From: an uncultured Oscillospiraceae bacterium | GTDB lineage: Bacteria; Bacillota; Clostridia; Oscillospirales; Oscillospiraceae | DNA: 24,000 nt | Reading direction: 5' to 3' | Assembly (NCBI GenBank): GCA_934512135.1 | Contig: CAKSWT010000008.1 | Coordinates: 1,415-25,414 of the forward strand | In this document: positions 7,193 to 14,173 of the stretch, in pieces | How positions within the stretch are numbered: the first letter of the stretch is position 1 | How the letters are laid out: each line of letters begins with the position of its first letter | Program-made: the position numbers and the translations under genes | The notes under the pieces: generated by a model | The model's input: only the letters and a program-made list of their open reading frames with translations | Databases searched by the model: none | Told to the model about the DNA's origin: nothing

Positions 7193-8137
7193 TTATATGT
7201 ATCCGAGGCTGCGGATGAGAAATACCCACAGGGTCAAGGTGATGCTGGACAGAACCGTGGCCGTCATGACCACACTGGCGGAAAGCGTTTCGTCGCCGCC
7301 CATATTCTTGGCCATAATATAGCAGGTCACCGTGGTGGGGGAGGCCAGCATAATCATAATGGCCACCAGCTCGCTGCTGCGGAAGCCCATGGCAATGGCC
7401 ACCGGGAACACCAATGCCGGGATTATGACCAGCTTCAGCATGGCTGCGGCAACGGTAGGGCCGATTTTCTGAAGAGCTTCCCGGCCCTTGAAGGTGGCGC
7501 CCAGAACCAGAAGGGCCAGAGGGGTGGCGGTGGAGGCCACATAGCCCACGGATTTGCTGAGGATCACTGGCCAGGGGAGCCCGCACAAGCTCCAGACCAT
7601 ACCGGCGGCGATGCCGAGGATGATGGGGTTGGTTATGACGCCTCGGAGGGTTTTCTTCATCACGGCACCGCTGAGCTTCCCCTCTGCGGAGGAGACAGTG
7701 AGGATGATGACCGAGTAGATGTTAAACAGAGGTACGGCCGCCACGATCATCATAGGCGTCATGCCAGAGGTCCCGTAGATGTTTTCCACAAAGCTGATGC
7801 CGAGAATGGCGGCAGAGCCCCGGGCTGCGGCTTGGGAAAAGGCGCCCACCATGGATTTGTCCTTTAAAAACAGTCGGGCAATGAGCCAGCAGGCGGCGAA
7901 CATAAAGGTAGTGGCGGCCATGCAAAACAGGACAAAGGGCCAGGAGAAGTCGGAGCGGATGTCCATGGTGGCAATGTCCCGGAACAGCTGCACCGGAAGG
8001 GCCACCTTGAACACAAATTTGTCGGCAACGGAGGCGAAGCCCTCGGTGAGCAGGCCGATACGCTTCAAAAACCCGCCCACCAAAATGATCACGAAAATTG
8101 GCATGGTGACATTCAGACTAAAAATAAAGTTTTCCAT
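7193..8137 (-). CDS. AEC (auxin efflux carrier / malate permease-like) family transporter
   Basis: 314 aa polytopic membrane protein. N-terminus MENFIFSLNVTMPIFVIILVGGFLKRIGLLTEGFASVADKFVFKVALPVQLF is the typical AEC/Mem_trans pattern. GGGGAG RBS. The ATG lies 17 nt after the upstream gene's stop. Confidence 0.85.
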   Translation of the reverse strand: MENFIFSLNVTMPIFVIILVGGFLKRIGLLTEGFASVADKFVFKVALPVQLFRDIATMDIRSDFSWPFVLFCMAATTFMFAACWLIARLFLKDKSMVGAFSQAAARGSAAILGISFVENIYGTSGMTPMMIVAAVPLFNIYSVIILTVSSAEGKLSGAVMKKTLRGVITNPIILGIAAGMVWSLCGLPWPVILSKSVGYVASTATPLALLVLGATFKGREALQKIGPTVAAAMLKLVIIPALVFPVAIAMGFRSSELVAIMIMLASPTTVTCYIMAKNMGGDETLSASVVMTATVLSSITLTLWVFLIRSLGYI

Positions 8138-8154
8138 ACGGCGGCGCTCCCCAA

Positions 8155-10077
8155 TCAGCTCATCTGAAGACTGTCCACCACGGCCTCATGCCGCCAGGCC
8201 ATGTTTTGAATTTCCAGCAGGTTTAGGGTGCTGTACTTCTCCAGAATCATGTTCCGCTGGACGTCGTAGAGCGGACCCTCGAAGGGGTGGACCTTGCCGG
8301 ACTGCACCAAATCTTTGAAGATGTTTAGCAGCCGAATGGCGTTGTGTCCCATAAAGGAGTCCACGCCCAGCACATCCAGCAGTCCGGTATTGAGGCCCCA
8401 GCCAAAATGAACGGAGCTGTCCATGCCGCTGCGGGTGATGTCCAGAATGGAGTTCTTCGTGGTGAAGCTGTCTCCCACCATCTGATTGTACACCACAGAC
8501 CAGTCCACGGCGGCAGCGCCGATGCATTCGTTGGGAAATCCTGTATGGGTCTGGAGTAGATAGAGCTGGGCATAGACCCCGGGGAAGCCCTTCCGAACCT
8601 GGGGGGTGTGCATCTGATGAAGGCAGAGGGCGATGTCAACATTCTTTTGGGCCAACAGATACCGTGCCTCTGCATGGTCCTGCTCTGTGGCGTTGGGACG
8701 GTACATCTCCACGTTGATGACCTTTGCGGTGGGATTCACCAGCTGAGCCCCCACGGCAAAGGCGTTGAGATCACAGGTGGTGTCTTGCTGGAACATGGGG
8801 GTGGACATAAAGCCTACCAGTCCGGTTCTGGTCATGGAGCCGGCCATTACACCGCAGAGGAAAGATGCCTCAAAGAATTTCGCAAAATAGGTAATCATGT
8901 TCTTCTTCGGCTGTGCCCGGTCGCAGTTCAGAATGGTCCGGTCCGGGAATTCCAAAGAAAGACGCAGGGCCCCGGCAGACATATTGGGACTGGTGGCAAA
9001 GAGAATGTCTGGTTCCTCGTCCATTAAGGCGCGAAGGGAGTTGTAGGAGCTTTCCCCGCTGGGAACAGAGTATTTGGTAATCACGGAAATCTTGTCCCCG
9101 AGCGTCCGCTCCAGGCGCCGCCGGGCGACGTCATGGGAATAGGTCCAAAGGGAGGTTTCCGGGGTTCCGTCGAAGGCGAAGGCGACCTTTAGCTTCCGAG
9201 GACGCCGGGAGAAGAAGGACAGGGGCGTCTTTTGAGAGTCATATCGCATTTCCACCGTGTTGACGGTGTTGGGGTCCTTGACGGAAATGAGCTTGAACTG
9301 TGCCTCGCAGCTCTTGACCTGCTCCCGAATGGTGGAAAGGGAGCGGAAGGGCTGAAACCCATAGATTTTCACATATTCCAGGAAGGCGTCGCCGGAGGTG
9401 ATGGGGATGTCGCTAAATCCGGCCTCCTTATAGCAAACCCGGAAGGATTTAAATGCGGTGTTGATGAGATCGGCGGTGGAGCCCTCGGCCTCCGGATGCT
9501 CGCTCTGCCATCCCTCCACCAGACTCACCAGCTTGGTAAAGCTGCCGCGGTAGGAGAACCATAGATTATCGAAGGTGGCTCTGCGGTCAAAGTCCAGAAA
9601 TTCGTAGTAGATGGAGACCATCTTGTTGTTCTCGTCCCGCTTGGGGATGAGACGGGTGACTTTTGCCTCAATGGCGACGGCCCCCAGATATTTCAGAACG
9701 CTGACCCGCTTGTTGCCCTCCTGGACAAAGTAGCGGTTGATATATTCATAGACCTTGATGGGCTCCCGGATGCCCTCGGAAATATGAGAGTTGTAGAGCT
9801 TCATCCACTTGGCGCCGAATTCCGTGTTTTCCGGAAGAAGGGGCATAAAGTTGCCTGCAAAGGCGTTGCTTCGGGCGGAGGTCCGGGTCCCGATGATCTT
9901 GTTAATGGGGATTTCACAGGTCCCCAGGTTAATTTCACCGGCGATTTCCACATTCCCAATCAGGTCGTCCAAAATCAGAAGATACCCCTTGTACTCAGAG
10001 TCCGCGTGATCTGAGACAAAGCGTCGGCCTATGGCTCTGGCCTGTTTATAATTGGAACTGCTGTCGTAATCGGCCAT
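8155..10077 (-). CDS. Cytoplasmic fusion protein: N-terminal ParB/sulfiredoxin-like domain plus C-terminal BMP (PnrA-like, type I periplasmic-binding fold) domain; function unknown
   Basis: The track start at 10095 is a TTG. The ATG at 10077 (MADYDSSSNYKQ...) has AGGAGG 7 nt upstream. N-terminal region: EIPINKIIGTRT... and REPIKVYEYINRYFVQEGNKRVSVLKYLG resemble ParB box I/II. C-terminal ~340 aa: KLKVAFAFDG..., PDILFATS, FEASFLCGVMAGSMTRTGLVGFM and AFAVGAQLVNPTAKV follow the BMP/PnrA family pattern. No signal peptide or lipobox. Confidence 0.75.
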   Translation of the reverse strand: MADYDSSSNYKQARAIGRRFVSDHADSEYKGYLLILDDLIGNVEIAGEINLGTCEIPINKIIGTRTSARSNAFAGNFMPLLPENTEFGAKWMKLYNSHISEGIREPIKVYEYINRYFVQEGNKRVSVLKYLGAVAIEAKVTRLIPKRDENNKMVSIYYEFLDFDRRATFDNLWFSYRGSFTKLVSLVEGWQSEHPEAEGSTADLINTAFKSFRVCYKEAGFSDIPITSGDAFLEYVKIYGFQPFRSLSTIREQVKSCEAQFKLISVKDPNTVNTVEMRYDSQKTPLSFFSRRPRKLKVAFAFDGTPETSLWTYSHDVARRRLERTLGDKISVITKYSVPSGESSYNSLRALMDEEPDILFATSPNMSAGALRLSLEFPDRTILNCDRAQPKKNMITYFAKFFEASFLCGVMAGSMTRTGLVGFMSTPMFQQDTTCDLNAFAVGAQLVNPTAKVINVEMYRPNATEQDHAEARYLLAQKNVDIALCLHQMHTPQVRKGFPGVYAQLYLLQTHTGFPNECIGAAAVDWSVVYNQMVGDSFTTKNSILDITRSGMDSSVHFGWGLNTGLLDVLGVDSFMGHNAIRLLNIFKDLVQSGKVHPFEGPLYDVQRNMILEKYSTLNLLEIQNMAWRHEAVVDSLQMS

Positions 10078-10117
10078 ATCATTTCCTCCTCTCAAGGGAA
10101 GTGCGTTTTATAAGGGT

Positions 10118-10126
10118 AGTATACCA
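10118..10126 (-). promoter_or_regulatory. Putative extended -10 promoter (TGgTATACT) for the ParB/BMP-AEC operon
   Basis: Minus strand reads ctgTGgTATACTaccc about 40 nt upstream of the ATG at 10077. The -35 region is poor (TCCATT/TTCCAT), so the call relies on the extended -10. Confidence 0.35.
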
Positions 10127-10230
10127 CAGGTACCCCTTGAATGGAATCGGCAAACCATGAAAAATCCCCAGGAAAATTTGTCATTCTCCTGCCAAATTGC
10201 CGGAGCGCACCGTGGCCGGGAGCCTAAACG

Positions 10231-10264
10231 GGGAAGGGGAGAAGGGACTTCCCATTCCTTTTTT
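10231..10264 (+). terminator. Weak terminator-like hairpin plus T6 in the divergent intergenic region (orphan)
   Basis: Either GGGAAG-N11-CTTCCC, or GGAAgGGG paired with CCCaTTCC, followed by TTTTTT (10259-10264). There is no + strand gene upstream of it. Confidence 0.25.
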
Positions 10265-10282
10265 GAAAAACCTACTTTCTTT

Positions 10283-10311
10283 TTGCGGAGAAACCGGGTA
10301 TAATGTAATAT
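10283..10311 (+). promoter_or_regulatory. Putative promoter of the nusB cluster
   Basis: TTGCGG (10283-10288), 17 nt, TAATAT (10306-10311). An overlapping TATAAT at 10299-10304 has a poor -35. Both lie about 55-60 nt upstream of the nusB ATG. Confidence 0.35.
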
Positions 10312-10362
10312 GGTTAATTTTGCGCTGAGTTTTTCGGCGATTTACAGATAGGGGATAACATT

Positions 10363-10806
10363 ATGACTAGAACCACAGCCAGAGAAATTGCCATGCATCT
10401 CGTCTACGAGATGGACTATCACGACGAGCTCCCGGAGGAGCTGATCGAAGCGGTATTCTCCGACGGGTACTACCCCAGACTGGCAGAGGAGACTGATCTC
10501 TACCAGGAGAAGCCCAACGAAAAGCAGATGAAGTATATCACCGAATGCGTTCGGGGGGTATATGTGAAGCGGCAGGACATTGACGCCATCATTGAGCGCT
10601 ATGCCGTGGGTTGGAAGGTAAGCCGGATTTCCAAGGTGTCTTTGGCGGTGCTCCGGCTGGCCATCTACGAGATTCTCTATGTGGAGGATGCTCCCACCGG
10701 CGCCGTAATCAACGAGGCGGTGGAGATTGCCCGCCGCTATGAGGAGGAGGACAAGGTGTCCTTTATCAACGGCGTTCTGGGCTCCTTCGCCCGGGATCAG
10801 AAATGA
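10363..10806 (+). CDS. nusB: Transcription antitermination factor NusB
   Basis: 147 aa. N-terminus MTRTTAREIAMHLVYEMDY and C-terminal AVINEAVEIARRYEEEDKVSFINGVLGSF are classic NusB. It occupies the expected position at the head of the nusB-xseAB-ispA-dxs cluster. Confidence 0.93.
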   Translation: MTRTTAREIAMHLVYEMDYHDELPEELIEAVFSDGYYPRLAEETDLYQEKPNEKQMKYITECVRGVYVKRQDIDAIIERYAVGWKVSRISKVSLAVLRLAIYEILYVEDAPTGAVINEAVEIARRYEEEDKVSFINGVLGSFARDQK

Positions 10807-11714
10807 CCGTCCTGGGCTTAGATACCAGCAACTATACCACCTCTGCGGCTCTGTACGATGGAGTAGAGGGCGCCAATTCCGGCCGTCTGTTGGAGGTAAA
10901 GCCGGGGGAGCTGGGCCTTCGTCAGAGCGATGCCCTGTTTCAGCATGTTAAGCGCCTGCCGGAGATTGTGGAGCGGCTGCTGGATGGCCGGCACCCGGAG
11001 CTGTCTGCCGTGGGAGCCAGTACCCGGCCTCGGGCGGTGGAGGGCTCCTATATGCCCTGCTTTCTGGCGGGACAGTCCCAGGGGCAGGTCCTGGCCCAGA
11101 CGCTGGGTGTGCGGTTTTACGGCTTTTCCCATCAGCAGGGCCACTTGGCGGCGGTATTGCATCAGGCAGGACGCATGGACCTGATGGAGCGGACCTTCCT
11201 GGCCTGGCATCTCTCCGGCGGCACCACGGAGCTACTGTGTGTACATCCCGGACTCCAGGCGGAGAAAATCGGCGGCACGGAGGATCTGTCTGCGGGACAG
11301 CTGATTGACCGTACCGGTCAGGTTCTGGGACTGGATTTCCCTGCGGGAAAGGCGCTGGACCAACTGGCCGGAGACGTAAAAAGCCGGGGGTTCCCGGTGA
11401 AGGTCCGGGATATGCGGTTTTCCCTGTCGGGCATGGAGAACAAGGTTCGGGAGATGGGGACGGCCCGGACGCCGGAGGAGACGGCGGCCTTTGCCCTGGC
11501 CTGTGTCAGCCGGGCAGTGGAAACGGCCACGGAACAGGCCAAGGGACGGTACGGGGACTTGCCGGTGGTGTTTACCGGCGGTGTGGCCTCCAATCGGCAG
11601 CTGCGCCGGCGGATGGTCCCGCTGGGGGGTGTATTCGGTCCGCCGGAGTATTCCACCGACAATGCGCTGGGCATTGCGGTGCTCACCTATCTTGCGGAGA
11701 TACAACATGGATGA
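10803..11714 (+). CDS. Kae1/TsaD-like (Peptidase_M22/ASKHA fold) protein, short paralog
   Basis: 303 aa. LGLDTSNYTTSAAL at the N-terminus, HQQGH (TsaD-like HxxxH metal motif), FTGGVASNRQLRRRM and STDNALGIAVL near the C-terminus. ATGA overlap with the nusB stop and an 8-nt overlap with the xseA start. Confidence 0.75.
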   Translation: MTVLGLDTSNYTTSAALYDGVEGANSGRLLEVKPGELGLRQSDALFQHVKRLPEIVERLLDGRHPELSAVGASTRPRAVEGSYMPCFLAGQSQGQVLAQTLGVRFYGFSHQQGHLAAVLHQAGRMDLMERTFLAWHLSGGTTELLCVHPGLQAEKIGGTEDLSAGQLIDRTGQVLGLDFPAGKALDQLAGDVKSRGFPVKVRDMRFSLSGMENKVREMGTARTPEETAAFALACVSRAVETATEQAKGRYGDLPVVFTGGVASNRQLRRRMVPLGGVFGPPEYSTDNALGIAVLTYLAEIQHG

Positions 11715-12978
11715 TTTGATTTTAGAGGTCAGCCAGGTCAATGCCTACATCAAGGAGATGATGGACGGGGATTCCCTGCTGGGGGGCCTCTGTGTCCGGG
11801 GAGAGATTAGCAATTATAAGTGCTATCCCTCGGGGCACCACTATTTTACGTTGAAGGACGGGGAAGCGGCGCTGAAATGCGTGATGTTCCGGTCCAGTGC
11901 CGCCCGGCTGCGGTTTCGTCCGGAAAATGGCATGACCGTGCTGGCAGCCGGACGGATCACCGTCTATCCCCGGGACGGGGCCTATCAGCTCTACTGTGTA
12001 TCCATGAGCCCCGAGGGAGCGGGGGATCTGGCCCTGGCCTTTGAGCAGCTGAAGAAAAAGCTGGAGGGGGAGGGGCTGTTCGACCCTGACCATAAGAAGC
12101 CCCTTCCGGCATTTCCGGGCAAGATTGCCGTGATTACCTCCTCGGCAGGGGCGGCCTTCCACGACATCCTCCGGGTGCTGGGACGGCGGTACCCCCTTAC
12201 GGAGGTGACGCTGCTGCCGGTGCGGGTTCAGGGGACGGAGGCCCCCCAGGAGATCGCCGGGGCCATTGACTACGCCAACCGCTATCAGGTGGCGGATCTG
12301 ATCCTTACAGGACGAGGCGGCGGCTCCATGGAGGATCTGTGGGCCTTCAACGAGGAAATCGTGGCCCGGGCCATTTATCGCTCGGAGATTCCGGTGATTT
12401 CCGCCGTGGGCCATGAGCCGGATGTGACCATTGCCGACTATGTGGCGGACGTCCGGGCGGCCACACCCTCCAACGGGGCGGAGCTGGCGGTGCCGGACCA
12501 GGCGGAGCTTCGGACCATGCTCCACGGCTACCAGACCCGAATGATTCAGACCATGGGCAAACGATTGAAGCTCTCCCGGCAGCAGCTGGAGCTCAGGAAG
12601 AATGCCCGGGTGCTTCAGTTGCCCACCCGTTATCTGGAGGATCGGCGGCAGCGGCTGGACGGTCTGATGGACCGGCTGGGCCGAGCCATGCTCCAACGGG
12701 AGAATTTGGCCCGGGCAGAGGTGCTCTCCCGGCAGCAGAAGCTGAAGGCCGCCTGGGAGCAGAGCCTTCACGTCCGGCAGCGGACGGCCGGGACGCTGGC
12801 AGCCAGGCTGGATGCCATGAGTCCGCTGAAGGTGCTGTCCCGGGGCTACAGCATTACCGAAACACCATCCGGCAGCGCCGTCCGTTCCGGGGCGGAGCTG
12901 AAACCCGGTGACCATATCCAGATTCGATTTGCCCAGGGCCGCGCGTCGGCCACTGTGGAACAAGTGATGGAGGACTGA
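11707..12978 (+). CDS. xseA: Exodeoxyribonuclease VII large subunit
   Basis: The track ORF (from 11491) is over-extended into the upstream gene. The ATG at 11707 (MDDLILEVSQVNAYIKEMMDGD...) has GGAG 7 nt upstream and gives a canonical XseA N-terminus (OB fold) of 423 aa. It is followed directly by xseB. Confidence 0.92.
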   Translation: MDDLILEVSQVNAYIKEMMDGDSLLGGLCVRGEISNYKCYPSGHHYFTLKDGEAALKCVMFRSSAARLRFRPENGMTVLAAGRITVYPRDGAYQLYCVSMSPEGAGDLALAFEQLKKKLEGEGLFDPDHKKPLPAFPGKIAVITSSAGAAFHDILRVLGRRYPLTEVTLLPVRVQGTEAPQEIAGAIDYANRYQVADLILTGRGGGSMEDLWAFNEEIVARAIYRSEIPVISAVGHEPDVTIADYVADVRAATPSNGAELAVPDQAELRTMLHGYQTRMIQTMGKRLKLSRQQLELRKNARVLQLPTRYLEDRRQRLDGLMDRLGRAMLQRENLARAEVLSRQQKLKAAWEQSLHVRQRTAGTLAARLDAMSPLKVLSRGYSITETPSGSAVRSGAELKPGDHIQIRFAQGRASATVEQVMED

Positions 12979-12980
12979 AC

Positions 12981-13211
12981 ATGGCAAAGAAAAGCGCCAC
13001 CTTTGAAGAATCCCTCCAGCGGCTGGACCAGATTGTCACGGCCCTGGAAACCGGCGAGGCCTCTTTGGAGGAGTCCATCGCCTTGTTTGAGGAGGGCACA
13101 AAGCTCTCCGTGAAATGCACCGAGCTTCTGGACCAGGCGGAGCTGAAGGTTACCCAGATGATGAAGGGGCCGGACGGCGCCCCGACGGAACAGGAGATCG
13201 ACAATGTCTGA
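12981..13211 (+). CDS. xseB: Exodeoxyribonuclease VII small subunit
   Basis: 76 aa. FEESLQRLDQIVTALETGEASLEESIALFEEGTKLSVKC is the canonical XseB motif. GGAGG RBS. Confidence 0.93.
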   Translation: MAKKSATFEESLQRLDQIVTALETGEASLEESIALFEEGTKLSVKCTELLDQAELKVTQMMKGPDGAPTEQEIDNV

Positions 13212-14079
13212 TAAGACCCTTTCCCGGTATCAGTGGCTGGTGGAGGAGTATCTTTCCCGGCAGTTCACCCAGTCCGCCCCCTACGGCGTTCTGCTGGAGG
13301 CCATGCGGTATAGCCTTCTGGCCGGGGGAAAGCGCCTTCGCCCTGCACTGTGCATGGCCTTCTGCGAGGCCTGCGGCGGCAGCGCAGAGACGGTTCTGCC
13401 TGCTGCGGCGGCAGTGGAGATGATCCACACCTATTCCCTGATTCACGATGATCTGCCCTGTATGGACAACGATGACTATCGCCGGGGCCGACTCACCAAC
13501 CACAAGGTCTACGGCCAGGATGTGGCCACATTGGCGGGGGATGCCCTGCTTACTGCGGCCTTCCGGTATCTGACGGAGCTACAGGCTCCGGCGGAGCGGG
13601 TGGTCCGCTGTGTGGCCCTTTTGTCTCAGGCTGCCGGAGAAACCGGCATGGTGGCAGGACAGATTTTGGACCTGGAGGGGGAGAAACGCCCCCTGTCCCG
13701 GGAGGAGCTGGAGCAGGTCCACCGGCACAAAACCGGGGACATGATTCGTGGGGCCTGTCAAATGGGGGCGGTACTGGGAGGCGGCTCGGAGAAAGAGATC
13801 GCCGCCGCCGGCGCATTTGCCTACGCCCTGGGCATGGCGTTTCAGATTCGGGACGACATGCTCGATGAAATCGGCTCCCAGGCGGAGCTGGGCAAGCCCA
13901 TCGGCTCTGACCAGGAGAACCATAAAAGCACCTTCGTGACCCTGCTGGGGCTGGAGGCCTGCCAGGACCTGGTGGAGCAGGAAACCGCCCGGGCGGTGGC
14001 AGCCCTGGAAACCGGGGACTTCCAAGATACGTCCTTTATCGTCTCTCTGGCCCGTGGCTTGACATCTCGGATGAAATGA
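13204..14079 (+). CDS. ispA: Farnesyl/geranyl diphosphate synthase (short-chain polyprenyl synthase)
   Basis: 291 aa. First Asp-rich motif HDDLPCMDNDDYRRG and second motif QIRDDMLD. 8-nt overlap with xseB. Conserved position before dxs. Confidence 0.92.
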   Translation: MSDKTLSRYQWLVEEYLSRQFTQSAPYGVLLEAMRYSLLAGGKRLRPALCMAFCEACGGSAETVLPAAAAVEMIHTYSLIHDDLPCMDNDDYRRGRLTNHKVYGQDVATLAGDALLTAAFRYLTELQAPAERVVRCVALLSQAAGETGMVAGQILDLEGEKRPLSREELEQVHRHKTGDMIRGACQMGAVLGGGSEKEIAAAGAFAYALGMAFQIRDDMLDEIGSQAELGKPIGSDQENHKSTFVTLLGLEACQDLVEQETARAVAALETGDFQDTSFIVSLARGLTSRMK

Positions 14080-14101
14080 TGTATAAATGTTCGGAAATCC
14101 G

Positions 14102-14129
14102 TTGAAAAAACCCGTGATTATGGTATAAT
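14102..14129 (+). promoter_or_regulatory. Putative internal promoter upstream of dxs (-35 TTGAAA, 16 nt, extended -10 TGgTATAAT)
   Basis: TTGAAA at 14102-14107, TG at 14121-14122, TATAAT at 14124-14129. It lies about 45 nt upstream of the dxs start. Confidence 0.55.
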
Positions 14130-14173
14130 CATGTAGAAACGGAACTAGAACAGAAAAGACAGGTTGTGTAATT

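Noticed and set aside
11491-11706. N-terminal extensions in the ORF track: xseA from 11491, NSS from 20026, macro gene to 22090, dehydrogenase from 22023, exonuclease from 22975, ParB/BMP to 10095, livM to 3319.
   Set aside because: - The extensions begin at alternative (TTG/GTG) codons, or overlap upstream genes, terminators or promoters.
- They lack an SD.
- In each case, a downstream ATG with a properly spaced SD gives the canonical family N-terminus.
14080-14173. Possible TPP riboswitch upstream of dxs (a TPP-dependent enzyme), or a T-box upstream of the liv operon.
   Set aside because: - The gaps are too short: 94 nt including a promoter upstream of dxs, and a ~60-nt leader for liv.
- I could not see the conserved cores in the right places (THI-box CTGAGA / ACCTGA-type elements; T-box GGTGGTACCGCG-like sequence).
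- A partial GGTGGTAC at 7186-7193 lies in a 54-nt terminator-filled spacer and is coincidental.
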